Assembly (NCBI GenBank): GCA_963744145.1
Contig: CAVUSO010000001.1
Span: 3,680,001-3,744,000 of the forward strand
Origin: an uncultured cyanobacterium
Lineage (GTDB): Bacteria > Cyanobacteriota > Cyanobacteriia > Cyanobacteriales > CAWUOF01
Length of the DNA: 64,000 bases
Reading direction: 5' to 3'
Positions 9,710-21,374 of this stretch are shown in pieces. The notes under the pieces are model-generated. The model saw nothing but the letters and a program-made list of their open reading frames with translations. It searched no databases and was not told the DNA's origin. Every line of letters begins with the position of its first letter. Position 1 is the stretch's first letter. Made by a program: the position numbers and the translations under genes.

Positions 9710-9864
9710 AACTTTTGCTCGATACTCATTGTTGTTTATGGTGGTTTGCCCAGGCTCAGATAGAGGAAATGACGCTGATGAGTGCTGATTCAATATTCAA
9801 AGAATACAGCGATATTTCCATTCTTTTGGCTGCTAACTCGGGAGATTTTCCTCCTGATTTATAA
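9706..9864 (+). pseudogene. VapC toxin collapsed by internal deletion (52 aa)
   Basis: GTG start; KLLLDTHCCLWWFA fused directly to QAQIEEMTLMSAD. Confidence 0.75.
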
Positions 9865-9949
9865 GGTAGGATTTGAGCAATAAAGTGTTGTATATTATCA
9901 TGAATGTTGGAATAAACATAACTGATGGAAGAATGGCGATCGCATGATG

Positions 9950-10138
9950 TTAATACCAATATGCTTTCTGTTTCCCGATGCCAAAATTCAATTTTGCATA
10001 TTCCCAAATAATTGAACTGGTATTGAGTTGGTGGTATGGAGACGATTTGAGCGATCGCACCAAGCTAAGAAGATCGGCGAGCTGTTCGTCAGGGGTGCTA
10101 TCGATTTCTTGGATCAGGAGTTCTTTGATGGTCAGCAC
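9950..10138 (-). pseudogene. Chimeric ORF: 4305-type antitoxin N-terminus fused to DUF5615 fragments
   Basis: First part matches 4455-4571; SIIWEYAKLN matches 38163-38193. Confidence 0.7.
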
Positions 10139-10354
10139 TGCATCTGGGGGAGTATTGATACTTTGATTATAACGAGTGTCATCGCCTTCCTACAGGATGA
10201 TAATTAATAGTTCTATTCTAATCTGGATGTCATCCCATCTGCTAGATCCTCTAAGATATACCATACAATACATTGAAAAAGATGTTGGGAGCAGATCTGA
10301 TCCTGCATCCCAATTAATGCCAGTATAATTATAATTGTTTGTCATCAGGGCTTT

Positions 10355-10771
10355 ATGTCAGCAAAGGATAAATTTCATGATGTTGTGAAGATTGCCTTGC
10401 AAAAGGATGGTTGGCAGATTACAGATGACCCACTTTTCCTAAGTGTGGGTGGAGTTGATATGTTAATCGATTTGGGGGCGGAACGTCTGCTCGCAGCCGA
10501 ACGGCAGGGCGAAAAAATTGCGATAGAAATCAAGAGCTTTTTGAATACCTCCGCCATAACAGATTTTCATTTAGCAGTTGGACAATTTATTAACTACCGT
10601 ACAGCACTCAAGTTTCAAGATCCACAGCGTCAGCTATTTTTGGCAATTCCTTTGACGGTGTATAACGATTTTTTCAAGCGTGAATTTACGATTACTGTTG
10701 TGGAAGACTACCAGTTGAAATTATTGGTTTATGACATAGAAGAAGAGGTGATAGCTTTATGGAAAAAGTAG
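10355..10771 (+). CDS. xisH: XisH-family protein (PD-(D/E)xK fold)
   Basis: MSAKD.FH..V..AL.KDGW.IT.DP, IEIKSF, AVGQFINY. Confidence 0.9.
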   Translation: MSAKDKFHDVVKIALQKDGWQITDDPLFLSVGGVDMLIDLGAERLLAAERQGEKIAIEIKSFLNTSAITDFHLAVGQFINYRTALKFQDPQRQLFLAIPLTVYNDFFKREFTITVVEDYQLKLLVYDIEEEVIALWKK

Positions 10772-11097
10772 AAAAATATAGAGATTGGATCAAACAAGTT
10801 CTCACCCAATATGCGGCATATAAGCCTTCCTATGGAGAAGTAGATGTGCAAGTTGTTTTTGACACAGAACACGATCATTATCAAGTAGTTCAAGTGGGTT
10901 GGGATCAAAAGAAACAGCGAGTTTACGGTTGTCCTATACATCTTGATATTAAGGATGGCAAAATCTGGATTCAGCAGAATTTAACGGAAATCGATTTAGG
11001 ACAAGAGCTAGCTAATATAGGTGTGCCGAAGTCGGATATTGTGGTTGGATTTCATCCACCTTATATGCGTCAGTTTACGGAATTTGCAGTGAGTTAA
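10759..11097 (+). CDS. xisI: XisI-family protein
   Basis: HLDIKDGKIWIQ..TE..GVPKSDIVVGFHPP. Confidence 0.9.
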   Translation: MEKVEKYRDWIKQVLTQYAAYKPSYGEVDVQVVFDTEHDHYQVVQVGWDQKKQRVYGCPIHLDIKDGKIWIQQNLTEIDLGQELANIGVPKSDIVVGFHPPYMRQFTEFAVS

Positions 11098-11139
11098 AAC
11101 TAAGGTGGATGTTTTTACTTGCAGGTATGGAGGCGTTTT

Positions 11140-11493
11140 ATGAGAGATTGGAATGTTTTAAAGTCCCGCTATTTACAAGATGAGCTACCTGTTCGTTTGG
11201 AAAATTTGGCATCAAATTTAGCCCGAATTAAATCTCGATGTCAAAATTCAACTAATCGTGAACTGGTGGAAAGTCTGCTGCAAGAAAGTAAAATATTTAT
11301 TGAATGGACTGCTAAAGATGCAGAGGTAGAAGTAGCTGCTGAGTTAGTTGAGTTACAAGTTCAGTTAGCTTGCTGGCAATATGGTTTGGTAAAGATTTGG
11401 GAGGATTTAGAACGACGAATGAAAATGGCAGAAGCAACAAAAATTTGGTCAGAAAAAGTGCTGAATATGTCTGGTTTGTTGGCTGTCAATTAG
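11140..11493 (+). CDS. Conserved hypothetical helical protein
   Basis: ORF with GGAGG RBS; RYLQD..RL.NLASNLARI. Confidence 0.7.
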   Translation: MRDWNVLKSRYLQDELPVRLENLASNLARIKSRCQNSTNRELVESLLQESKIFIEWTAKDAEVEVAAELVELQVQLACWQYGLVKIWEDLERRMKMAEATKIWSEKVLNMSGLLAVN

Positions 11494-11923
11494 AGCGGGG
11501 GCGATCGCTCTTTGATTTGAGGCGATCGCTTGGGATAATTGGTGATGTAATTACCTCCCAGATAGCCGGAGTTAGGTAATTATAAATAGGCGATCGCGGA
11601 GCTGATAATTGGTGGTGCGATCACTTTTGCTAAAAATCCTACTCAATTTTCATGAATGTTGGAGTAAACATAACCGATGGGAGAATGGCGATCGCATGAT
11701 GTTAATACCAATATGCTTTCTGTTTCCCGATGCCAAAATTCAACTTTGCATATTCCCAAATAATTGAACTGGTATTGAGTTGGTGGTATGGAGACGATTT
11801 GAGCGATCGCATTATTATCTAAAACAATATATAAAGATTTATTACAATATCGGTTGAAATTGGATAAATGTTGGGTTATTTTCTAGCCATCAAATCTTGT
11901 TTATATAAAATATCAGGGTAATT

Positions 11924-14554
11924 ATGGCAAGGCTAGTTCTACAAGATCAGAATAAAAGGGTCAACTTAGACTGGTGGGTATTAGTTCTCAGTGGGATGGT
12001 TTTGTGTGGCAATGGATTAGGAACACAGAGGGTGATCGCCGCTAATGGTGTTCCCAGGGTAATTGCACAACAAACAGAAAATGATTCCACAGATAAAGCT
12101 AATGCTGATCGCCTTTTGCAAGAAGGGCTACAATTATATAAACAGCATTCAGTAGAATCTTTAAAAGAAGCTCTGGCCAAATGGAAAGTAGCAGGAGAGT
12201 TGTATCATCATATAGGCGATCGTGCTGATGAAGCTGTTACTTTTCTTGGCATTGGTAGCCTTTATCATAGCTTTGGAGAAAAACAGCAAGCCTTAACCTA
12301 CTACAATCAAGCATTGCCCCTGTTTCGGGCGGTGGGCGATCGCACTGGTGAAGCTACTACCCTCTCTAATATTGGTGTTGTTTACGATAGTTTAGGGGAA
12401 AAACAGCAAGCCTTAACCTCTTACAATCAAGCCTTGCTCCTTAGTCGTGCGGTGGGTGATCGCGCTGATGAAGCTAGAACCCTCACTGGTATTGGTAAAG
12501 TTTACGATAGTTTAGGGGAAAAACAGCAAGCCTTAACCTACTACAATCAAGCCTTGTCCCTTCATCGGACGGTGGGCGATCGCGCTGGTGAAGCTACTAC
12601 CCTCAATAATATTGGTTTAGTTTACGATAGCTTAGGGGAAAAACAGCAAGCTTTAACCTCCTACAATCAAGCCTTGCCTCTTCGCCGTGCGGTGGGCGAT
12701 CGCGATGGTGAAGCCTATACCCTCAATAATATTGGTTTAGTTTACGATAGTTTAGGGGAAAAACAGCAAGCCTTAACCTCCTACAATCAAGCCTTACCCC
12801 TATATCGTGCCGTGGGCGATCGCGATGGTGAAGCTAATACCCTATTTAATTTAGCTGGGTTAAAACGTAGTCAAGGTAATTTACCAGAAAGTCTCTCTTT
12901 GATTGAAGATGCTATCAAAATCATAGACAACCTCCGGACTAAAATTACTAGTCAAGACCTCCGTACTTCTTACTTTGCTACCAAACAAAATTATTATGAA
13001 TTTTATATTGACTTACTAATGGAATTGCATAAACAACAACCTACCCAAGGATATAACATCAAAGCCTTTGAAGCTAGCGATCGCTCCCGTGCCCGTTCAT
13101 TAATCGAACTCCTAACAGAATCTAGAGCTAAGATTACTACTGGCATTGACCCTAAACTATTAGGACAAGAGCAAGATATTCAGAATCAAATTGATGCTTT
13201 TGAAAAGAATAGTCAAAAAATTCTTAATGGTAATCCCACATCAGAACAAAAAGCCAAACTCCAACAAGAGAAAATTAATCTCTCACAGCAATATAATAAT
13301 ATTCGCGACCAAATTCGGGTTAGTAGTCCTGCTTATGCTCAGTTAAAATATCCTGACCCTCTTACTCTTGCTGATGTTCAACAAAAATTACTTGATGAGC
13401 ATACGGTTTTACTTCAATATTCTCTTGGTAGCGATCGCAGTTATTTCTGGGCAGTCACGCAAACAGAAATTAGTAGTTATGAATTACCTAAACAAAGTGA
13501 AATTGAAAAATTAGCTAATGAGTTTAAGTATAAACTAACCGATCCAGCTACCAGAGAATTACCCATAGAACTTAAGAGAAGTTCTAAAGAACTTAGTGAT
13601 ATTATTATCAAACCAGTCTTAGAAAAGATTGGGAATAAACGATTATTAATAGTCGCAGATGGAGCTTTACAATATATTCCATTTAGTGCCTTAACTATTC
13701 CGGGGAAATCCACTCATGAATATGTTCCTCTCCTTACTGAACATGAAATAATTAACTCTCCATCTGTCTCCACTATCGGGATTATTAAATCCGACCACAA
13801 ACGGAATAAAACCGCTCCAAAACCATTAGTAGTATTTGCCGATCCGGTATTTACTCCCGATGATGAACGCTTTGGTAAAACTGTTGCTCCTCAACCTAGT
13901 CATCAGCGCGATCGCGGTTTACCAATCGAGGCACAACAATTAGAAAGAGCCGCAGGAATTAAATGGAAAAGATTACCTTTTACCAGAAATGAAGCTGATG
14001 GGATTGTGAGAATCATCCCCAATAGTCAACCTCAAGAATTATTAGATTTTCGTGCTAATCGTCAAGCACTTAATAGTAATTCTCATCTTAATCAATATCA
14101 AATTATTCATTTAGCCACCCACGGTTTTGCTGATACTGAACATCCAGAATCCTCTTTTATACTTTTATCTTTAGTAGATCAAGAAGGAAACTATGAAAAC
14201 GGTTACTTAACATTAAATGATATATTTAACCTGGACTTACAAGCAAATTTAGTAGTATTAAGTGCCTGTCAAACTGGAGTAGGAAAATTAATTAAAGGAG
14301 AGGGATTAGTAGGATTAACTAGGGGGTTTATGTATGCTGGTACTCCGCGAGTGTTAGTATCGTTATGGAGCATTAATGATCAATCTACATCGGAGTTAAT
14401 GGTGAAATTTTATCAGAAGATGCTGAAGGAAAAGTTAACACCCGTAGCAGCATTAAGAGCAGCTCAATTAGAAATGTGGCAACAAGGAGATTGGCAGAAA
14501 TGGAAATCACCCTATTACTGGGCTGCTTTTACTATGCAAGGTGACTGGAATTAA
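11924..14554 (+). CDS. TPR-CHAT (caspase-like) protease; 5 TPR units + capping unit; N-terminal signal-like segment
   Basis: 40-aa repeats; HLATHG and LSACQTG dyad; SPYYWAAF. Confidence 0.92.
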   Translation: MARLVLQDQNKRVNLDWWVLVLSGMVLCGNGLGTQRVIAANGVPRVIAQQTENDSTDKANADRLLQEGLQLYKQHSVESLKEALAKWKVAGELYHHIGDRADEAVTFLGIGSLYHSFGEKQQALTYYNQALPLFRAVGDRTGEATTLSNIGVVYDSLGEKQQALTSYNQALLLSRAVGDRADEARTLTGIGKVYDSLGEKQQALTYYNQALSLHRTVGDRAGEATTLNNIGLVYDSLGEKQQALTSYNQALPLRRAVGDRDGEAYTLNNIGLVYDSLGEKQQALTSYNQALPLYRAVGDRDGEANTLFNLAGLKRSQGNLPESLSLIEDAIKIIDNLRTKITSQDLRTSYFATKQNYYEFYIDLLMELHKQQPTQGYNIKAFEASDRSRARSLIELLTESRAKITTGIDPKLLGQEQDIQNQIDAFEKNSQKILNGNPTSEQKAKLQQEKINLSQQYNNIRDQIRVSSPAYAQLKYPDPLTLADVQQKLLDEHTVLLQYSLGSDRSYFWAVTQTEISSYELPKQSEIEKLANEFKYKLTDPATRELPIELKRSSKELSDIIIKPVLEKIGNKRLLIVADGALQYIPFSALTIPGKSTHEYVPLLTEHEIINSPSVSTIGIIKSDHKRNKTAPKPLVVFADPVFTPDDERFGKTVAPQPSHQRDRGLPIEAQQLERAAGIKWKRLPFTRNEADGIVRIIPNSQPQELLDFRANRQALNSNSHLNQYQIIHLATHGFADTEHPESSFILLSLVDQEGNYENGYLTLNDIFNLDLQANLVVLSACQTGVGKLIKGEGLVGLTRGFMYAGTPRVLVSLWSINDQSTSELMVKFYQKMLKEKLTPVAALRAAQLEMWQQGDWQKWKSPYYWAAFTMQGDWN

Positions 14555-14562
14555 TCACTAAA

Positions 14563-14808
14563 TGCTAAAGATATATTTCACAACTATCAGCAATCTCTGA
14601 ATTTCATATAGCCGTTGGTCAATTTCTGAATTATCAGGTAGCCTTAGATAAATTAGACCTAGAATGGATACTGTATTTAGCTATACCCACGGATATTTAT
14701 CAAGATTTTTTTACAGATTCATTTGTGCAAGAGGTGGTTAAACGATTTCAAATTAAGTTGCTGGTTTTTCATATTCAGAAACAGGAGATAGTGCTATGGA
14801 TAGATTAG
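14563..14808 (+). pseudogene. xisH: xisH-family copy lacking start, same 169-bp deletion
   Basis: TTTCACAA|CTATCAGC junction as at 6821. Confidence 0.8.
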
Positions 14809-15128
14809 ATTATCGCGAATTGGTAAAAAAAATTATCCAACAACATGCCAACGAACGATCAAAGGAAGACCCGAATCAATCTCAGATTGTTTTTGATGAG
14901 GAACGCGATCGCTATTTATTGCTATATGTCGGATGGCGAGATGAAGAACGACTACATGGATGTCCAATTCATATCGATATTCAAGATGGCAAAATTTGGA
15001 TTCAGCGAGATTTTACAGAGGAAGGAATTGCTGATCAATTGACAGAGATGGGCGTACCCAAAACCGATATAATTTTAGGATTTCGTTCACCTTATATTCG
15101 ACAATTCACTGAATTTGCTGTAAAATAA
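14796..15128 (+). CDS. xisI: XisI-family protein
   Basis: HIDIQDGKIWIQRDFTE; copy of 36928. Confidence 0.9.
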   Translation: MDRLDYRELVKKIIQQHANERSKEDPNQSQIVFDEERDRYLLLYVGWRDEERLHGCPIHIDIQDGKIWIQRDFTEEGIADQLTEMGVPKTDIILGFRSPYIRQFTEFAVK

Positions 15129-15301
15129 TTCTGGTTGAGATAGCATCTTGCCCTGGATAATCATCAGAGCTATTTACTTGACGACCAATGCTAATTGGGA
15201 CTGCCAACAGCAGTGCGATCGCTCATAAATTTTCCCAGGATTTAAGCATGGTAAATCAAAATGTATGTTAAACTAAAAATTAGCCTTTTTCTTTATTTAC
15301 T

Positions 15302-15643
15302 ATGATACTGAAAGAATTAGAGCATCAACTGCTAGCCTTATCTGATCATGAAAAAGCTCAAGTTGTACAACTTCTATCTCAAGGCAAAATCACTCTCGGA
15401 CGTGGTATCGAAAAAACGCCTGGTATTTGTGGCGGTAGTGCCTGTATTGCGGGAACTCGCAGTACCGTTTGGGGGTTGGTAGAAGCTCGTCAGATTGGAT
15501 ATAGCGAAGCTGATTTACTCATTAGCTATCCATCTCTATCTGCAACTGATTTGGCAAATGCTTGGGCTTATGCTGAAGCTTTTTCCCAGGAAATTGAAAC
15601 AGAAATTCGGGAAAATGCCCAAGAGATGTACGAGGATTCATAG
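15302..15643 (+). CDS. DUF433-domain antitoxin
   Basis: Copy of 7257; toxin reduced to ~4 codons at 15647. Confidence 0.85.
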   Translation: MILKELEHQLLALSDHEKAQVVQLLSQGKITLGRGIEKTPGICGGSACIAGTRSTVWGLVEARQIGYSEADLLISYPSLSATDLANAWAYAEAFSQEIETEIRENAQEMYEDS

Positions 15644-15657
15644 TCGATGGCGCGTCT

Positions 15658-15834
15658 CTAAAATTCAGCAATAGCTTCTTGTGCTAGGGCTTCTAGCTTA
15701 CCATCAGCAATGTCTTTCTCTAATTGTTTATCCCAGCGTTGATAGTCTAGATCTGCAAACCACTCTAAGAGTTTTCGATACTCATCTGGCGGTAGCTGAA
15801 GAATGGCAGACTCAATTTGCTTAAGTGTTAGCAT
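15658..15834 (-). CDS. Antitoxin-like protein (WDKQLEKDIADGKL family), C-terminus clipped, no toxin
   Basis: MLTLKQIESAILQLP..; stop created at junction. Confidence 0.6.
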   Translation of the reverse strand: MLTLKQIESAILQLPPDEYRKLLEWFADLDYQRWDKQLEKDIADGKLEALAQEAIAEF

Positions 15835-16095
15835 AGGGAGTTTAATCAATTTAACTCTAAGCAAATTATAGCTTGTCCCTGACTACCGTGTCAAATCTTC
15901 TCTCAGGAGTCCAGCAACTTGACAATCGATTACTGATAATTAATGGTGCGATCGTTTTTTACCGAAGTCGTACTGAATATCAATGAATATGGGAGAATAG
16001 AGATCGCTCGGTAATGATTGGTGTTCCAATTCTCTCCGATGTCTTTTGGAGCATAGCTGCTAAGATGTAAGAAACTCTATCTCGCTAAAATAGTT

Positions 16096-16341
16096 ATGAC
16101 TTTATTAGTCTCAGATGAGATCATCCAAGCCAGTGGCTTATCAGAAAGGGAACTTTTGTGGGAAATTGTAATTATGCTTTTCCAAAGAGACAAGATCAGC
16201 TTAGGAAAGGCTAGTGAGTTGCTCGGAATACATCGAATGGAATTTCAGAAATTGCTAGCCGAGCGAGGTATTTGTGTTCATTATGATGTATTGGAATTCC
16301 AGGAAGATATCAAAACATTACAATCAGGGGGTTGGCGATGA
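16096..16341 (+). CDS. UPF0175-family antitoxin
   Basis: ISLGKASELLG..EFQKLLAERGI. Confidence 0.85.
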   Translation: MTLLVSDEIIQASGLSERELLWEIVIMLFQRDKISLGKASELLGIHRMEFQKLLAERGICVHYDVLEFQEDIKTLQSGGWR

Positions 16342-16823
16342 TTGTAGTGAGTAACACTTCGCCAATCTCTAATTTAGCTCACGTTGGACAGATTAACCTA
16401 CTGCAACAGCTTTATCAAACAGTTTTAATTCCAACTGCGGTCTATGCTGAATTACTGGATGAGAGAGCTGGAGAGAATGTCATTACAGCAGTTCAATCAG
16501 CGGTTTGGCTAAAAATACAGCCAGTGCAGCAGCAAGAATTAGTCAGCGTGTTACGAAATATTGTAAATTTGGGAGAAGCTGAGGCGATCGCGCTTGCGGT
16601 GGAGGTAAATGCAACCCGACTGTTGATCGATGAGCGTTTGGGCAGACAAGTAGCCGTAGAGCAGGGATTAAAAATTAATGGTGTATTTGGGATTCTGCTC
16701 AGTGCCAAGCAACAGGGTTTAATTGCCATCGTTAAACCGATTATAGATGATTTGATCTCTCAGGCAAATTTTCGGGTAAGCAGTCAACTATATGCAGATG
16801 TTTTAAAGGCAGCAAATGAATAG
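16338..16823 (+). CDS. DUF3368 PIN-like toxin
   Basis: MIVVSNTSPI, GEAEAIALA, LLIDERLGR. Confidence 0.85.
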   Translation: MIVVSNTSPISNLAHVGQINLLQQLYQTVLIPTAVYAELLDERAGENVITAVQSAVWLKIQPVQQQELVSVLRNIVNLGEAEAIALAVEVNATRLLIDERLGRQVAVEQGLKINGVFGILLSAKQQGLIAIVKPIIDDLISQANFRVSSQLYADVLKAANE

Positions 16824-17279
16824 GTTGATCGGTTTTAAAATTTGAAGAAATTTGGAAAATAATTACTAGAAAAATTGGCGATCGCTTGGGATAATTGTTG
16901 ATGTAATTACCTCCCAGATAGCCGGAGTTAGGTAATTATAAATAGGCGATCGCAGAGCTGATAATTGGTGGTGCGATCGCTTTTGCTAAAAATCCTACTC
17001 AATTTTCATGAATGTTGGAGTAAACATAACCGATGGGAGAATGGCGATCGCATGATGTTAATACCAATATGCTTTCTGTTTCCCGATGCCAAAATTCAAC
17101 TTTGCATATTCCCAAATAATTGAACTGGTATTGAGTTGGTGGGATGGAGACGATTTGAGCGATCGCATTATTATCTAAAACAATATATAAAGATTTATTA
17201 CAATATCGGTTGAAATTGGATAAATGTTGGGTTATTTTCTAGCCATCAAATCTTGTTTATATAAAATATCAGGGTAATT

Positions 17280-20200
17280 ATGGCAAGGCTAGTTCTACAA
17301 GATCAGAATAAAAGGGTCAACTTAGACTGGTGGGTATTAGTTCTCGGTGGGATAGTTTTGTGTGGCAATGGATTAGGGACACAGAGGGCGATCGCCGCTA
17401 ATGGTGCACCCAGTCTAATTGCACAACAAACCGAAAATGATTCCACCGATAAAGCTAATGCTGATCGCCTTTTTCAAGAAGGAGAACAGCTATATAAACA
17501 GCATTCAGTAGAATCTTTAAAAGCAGCTCTGGCCAAATTGAAAGCAGCAGGAGACTTGTATCATCGTATAGGCAATCGTAAAAGTGAAGCCACTACCCTC
17601 AACAATATTGGTAAAGTTTACGATGATTTGGGGGAAAAGCAGGAAGCAATCAAATACTATAATCAGTCCTTGCCCCTCTATCGGGTAGTGGGCGATCGCG
17701 ATGGTGAAGCATCTACTCTCAACAATCTCGGTAGTGTTTACTCAGATTTGGGGGAAAAGCAGGAAGCAATCAAATCCTACAATCAGTCCTTGCCCCTCTT
17801 TCGGGCTGTGGGTGATCGCAAAGGTGAAGCTGTTACCCTCAACAATCTCGGTAAAGTTTACTCAGATTTGGGGGAAAAGCAGGAAGCAATCAAATCCTAC
17901 AATCAGTCCTTGCCCCTTTTTCGGACTGTGGGCGATCGCAAAGGTGAAGCTGTTACCCTCAACAATCTCGGTAAAGTTTACGATGATTTGGGGGAAAAGC
18001 AGGAAGCAATAAAATCCTACAATCAGTCATTACCCCTCTTTCGGGCGGTGGGCGATCGCGCTGGTGAAGCCACTACCCTCAACAATCTTGGTGCTGTTTA
18101 CTCAAATTTGGGAGAAAAGCAGGAAGCAATCAAATCCTACAATCAGTCCTTGCCCCTCTTTCGTGCTGTGGGCGATCGCGCTGGTGAAGCTGTTACCCTC
18201 AACAATCTTGGTGCTATTTACGATGATTTGGGGGAAAAGCAGGAAGCAATCAAATCCTACAATCAGTCCTTGCCCCTCAGACGGGCGGTGGGCAATCGCG
18301 ATGGTGAAGCCCGTACCCTCAACAATCTCGGTGAAGTTTACTCAGATTTGGGGGAAAAGCAGGAAGCCATCAAATACTTAAATCAGTCATTGCCCCTCTT
18401 TCGTGCCGTGGGCGATCGCGCTGGTGAAGCTGTTACCCTCAACAATCTTGGTGCTATTTACGATGATTTGGGGGAAAAGCAGGAAGCAATCAAATCCTAC
18501 AATCAGTCCTTGCCCCTCAGACGGGCGGTGGGCAATCGCGATGGTGAAGCCCGTACCCTCAACAATCTCGGTGAAGTTTACTCAGATTTGGGGGAAAAGC
18601 AGGAAGCCATCAAATACTTAAATCAGTCATTGCCCCTCTTTCGTGCCGTGGGCGATCGCGCTGGTGAAGCTGTTACCCTCAACAATCTCGGTAAAGTTTA
18701 CTCAGATTTGGGGGAAAAGCAGAAAGCAATCGAATCCTACAATCAGTCATTGCCCCTCTTTCGTGCCGTGGGCGATCGCGCTGGTGAAGCATCTACCTTC
18801 AACAATCTTGGTGGTGTTTACTCAGATTTGGGGGAAAAGCAGGAAGCCATCAAATACTACAATCAGTCCTTGCCCCTCTTTCGGGCGGTGGGCGATCGCG
18901 CTGGTGAAGCTGTTACCCTCACCAATCTCGGTGTTGTTTACAATGATTTGGGGGAAAAGCAGGAAGCAATCAAATACTATCATCAGTCCTTGCCCCTCAG
19001 TCGGGCGGTGGGCGATCGCGCTGGTGAAGCTGTTACCCTCACCAATCTCGGTGTTGTTTACAATGATTTGGGGGAAAAGCAGGAAGCAATCAAATACTAT
19101 CATCAGTCCTTGCCCCTCAGTCGGGCGGTGGGCGATCGCGCTGGTGAAGCTGTTACCCTCAACAATCTCGGTGTTGTTTACTCTTCTTTGGGGGAAAAGC
19201 AGGAAGCAATCAAATACTTAAACCAGTCCTTGCCCCTCAGACGGGCGGTGGGAGATCGCGCTGATGAAGCTAATACTCTTTTTAATCTAGCTTATGTAAA
19301 ACGGAGTCAGGGTAATCTCCAAGAAAGCCTGATTCTTATGGAAGACTCTCTACACATTATCGAAGACCTTCGCACTAAAATTGCTAGTCAAGACCTTCGT
19401 ACTTCTTACTTTGCTACCAAACAAGATTATTATGAATTTTATATTGACTTACTAATGGAATTGCATAAACAACAACCTACCCAAGGATATAACATCAAAG
19501 CCTTTGAAGCTAGCGATCGCTCCCGTGCCCGTTCATTAATCGAACTCCTAACAGAATCTAGAGCTAAGATTACTACTGGCATTGACCCTAAACTATTAGA
19601 ACAAGAACAAGATATTCAGAATCAAATTGATGCTTTTGAAAAGAATAGTCAAAAAATTCTGAATGGTAATCCCACACCAGAACAAAAAGCTAAACTCCAA
19701 CAAGAGAAAATTAATCTCTCACAACAATATAATAATATTCGCGACCAAATTCGGGTTAGTAGTCCTGCTTATGCTCAGTTAAAATATCCTGACCCTCTTA
19801 CTCTTGCTGATGTTCAAAAAAAATTACTTGATGAGCATACGGTTTTACTTCAATATTCTCTTGGTAGCGATCGCAGTTATCTCTGGGCAGTCACGCAAAC
19901 AGAAATTAGTAGTTATAAATTACCTAAACAAAGTGAAATTGAAAAATTAGCTAAGGAGTTTAGGTATAAACTAACCGACCCTGCTACCAGAAAATTACCC
20001 ATAGAAATCAGGAGAAGTTCTCAACAACTTAGTGATATTATTATCAAACCAGTCTTAGAAAAGATTGGGAATAAACGATTATTAATAGTCGCCGATGGAG
20101 CCTTACAATATATCCCATTTAGTGCCTTAAATATTCCGGGGAAATCCACTAATGAATATACTCCCCTCATTACTGAACATGAAGTAATTAACTCTCCATC

Positions 20201-21002
20201 TGTCTCTACTATCGGGATTATTAAATCCGACCCGAAACGGAATAAAACCGCTCCAAAACCATTAGTAGTATTTGCTGATCCGGTATTTACTCCCAATGAT
20301 GAACGCTTTGCTAAAACTGTTGCTCCTCAAGCTAGTCATAATATCAGCGATCGCGGTTTACCAATCGAGGCACAACAATTAGAAAAAGCCGCATTAACAG
20401 AAGGAATTAAATGGAAAAGATTACCTTTTACCAGAGATGAAGCTGATGGGATTGTGAGAATCATCCCCAATAGTCAACCTCAAGAATTATTAGATTTTCG
20501 TGCTAATCGTCAAGCACTTAATAGTAATTCTCATCTTAATCAATACCAAATTATTCATTTAGCCACCCACGGTTTTGTTGATACCGAACATCCAGAATTC
20601 TCTGGAATCCTTTTATCTTTATTAGATCAAGAAGGAAACTATGAAAACGGTTACTTAACATTAAATGATATATTTAATCTGGACTTACAAGCAAATTTAG
20701 TAGTATTAAGTGCCTGTCAAACTGGAGTAGGAAAATTAATTAAAGGAGAGGGATTAGTAGGATTAACTAGGGGGTTTATGTATGCTGGTACTCCGCGAGT
20801 GTTAGTATCGTTATGGAGCATTAATGATCAATCTACATCGGAGTTAATGGTGAAATTTTATCAGAAGACGCTGAAGGAAAAGTTAACACCCGTAGCAGCA
20901 TTAAGAGCAGCTCAATTAGAAATGTGGCAACAAGGAGATTGGAAGAAATGGAAATCACCCTATTACTGGGCTGCTTTTACTATGCAAGGTGATTGGAATT
21001 AA
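17280..21002 (+). CDS. TPR-CHAT protease; 14 TPR units + capping unit
   Basis: 120-bp repeats 17580-19260; HLATHG / LSACQTG. Confidence 0.92.
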   Translation: MARLVLQDQNKRVNLDWWVLVLGGIVLCGNGLGTQRAIAANGAPSLIAQQTENDSTDKANADRLFQEGEQLYKQHSVESLKAALAKLKAAGDLYHRIGNRKSEATTLNNIGKVYDDLGEKQEAIKYYNQSLPLYRVVGDRDGEASTLNNLGSVYSDLGEKQEAIKSYNQSLPLFRAVGDRKGEAVTLNNLGKVYSDLGEKQEAIKSYNQSLPLFRTVGDRKGEAVTLNNLGKVYDDLGEKQEAIKSYNQSLPLFRAVGDRAGEATTLNNLGAVYSNLGEKQEAIKSYNQSLPLFRAVGDRAGEAVTLNNLGAIYDDLGEKQEAIKSYNQSLPLRRAVGNRDGEARTLNNLGEVYSDLGEKQEAIKYLNQSLPLFRAVGDRAGEAVTLNNLGAIYDDLGEKQEAIKSYNQSLPLRRAVGNRDGEARTLNNLGEVYSDLGEKQEAIKYLNQSLPLFRAVGDRAGEAVTLNNLGKVYSDLGEKQKAIESYNQSLPLFRAVGDRAGEASTFNNLGGVYSDLGEKQEAIKYYNQSLPLFRAVGDRAGEAVTLTNLGVVYNDLGEKQEAIKYYHQSLPLSRAVGDRAGEAVTLTNLGVVYNDLGEKQEAIKYYHQSLPLSRAVGDRAGEAVTLNNLGVVYSSLGEKQEAIKYLNQSLPLRRAVGDRADEANTLFNLAYVKRSQGNLQESLILMEDSLHIIEDLRTKIASQDLRTSYFATKQDYYEFYIDLLMELHKQQPTQGYNIKAFEASDRSRARSLIELLTESRAKITTGIDPKLLEQEQDIQNQIDAFEKNSQKILNGNPTPEQKAKLQQEKINLSQQYNNIRDQIRVSSPAYAQLKYPDPLTLADVQKKLLDEHTVLLQYSLGSDRSYLWAVTQTEISSYKLPKQSEIEKLAKEFRYKLTDPATRKLPIEIRRSSQQLSDIIIKPVLEKIGNKRLLIVADGALQYIPFSALNIPGKSTNEYTPLITEHEVINSPSVSTIGIIKSDPKRNKTAPKPLVVFADPVFTPNDERFAKTVAPQASHNISDRGLPIEAQQLEKAALTEGIKWKRLPFTRDEADGIVRIIPNSQPQELLDFRANRQALNSNSHLNQYQIIHLATHGFVDTEHPEFSGILLSLLDQEGNYENGYLTLNDIFNLDLQANLVVLSACQTGVGKLIKGEGLVGLTRGFMYAGTPRVLVSLWSINDQSTSELMVKFYQKTLKEKLTPVAALRAAQLEMWQQGDWKKWKSPYYWAAFTMQGDWN
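17580..19260 (+). repeat. 14 tandem 120-bp TPR-coding repeats
   Basis: 18181-18420 identical to 18421-18660; 18901-19020 identical to 19021-19140. Confidence 0.95.
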
Positions 21003-21374
21003 TCCGATCAATATTTTGCATTTATTGTTGGGAAAATTAATTGAGATTAGTAGTTAGAATTGCGATCGCGTTAATCAAATCAGGATGATTGAGCAGGCGA
21101 TCGCATCATGTAAAAATATAAAGATTTATTACAATATTAAATCACATTGGATAAATGTTGTGCTATTTTCTAGCTATCAGATCAAATCTTTATCTAAAAT
21201 ATTAAGGTAGCTATGGGAAGGATAGTTTGAAAGAATTAGCCTATTAATCGAACATTGCCCCTGGTCTATCCGGTGGGCGATCGCCCAGTCGAAACCCACT
21301 ATATAGACTAAAAAGCTTACTATATCTAGTCAATCAATGGTAAAATTATTTAAGAAAAAATTTGATTATGGTTT

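Noticed and set aside
10355..11097. fdxN-type excision element
   Set aside because: No XisF-like serine recombinase or interrupted host gene visible
17701..19221. Alternative-frame ORFs ([11 protein letters not shown].., 103-192 aa)
   Set aside because: Shadow frames of the TPR repeats
17580..19260. Regular repeats as a CRISPR array or DGR variable region
   Set aside because: Units are in-frame 120-bp TPR codons with no unique spacers; no cas or reverse transcriptase gene is in the window, and variation is not adenine-specific
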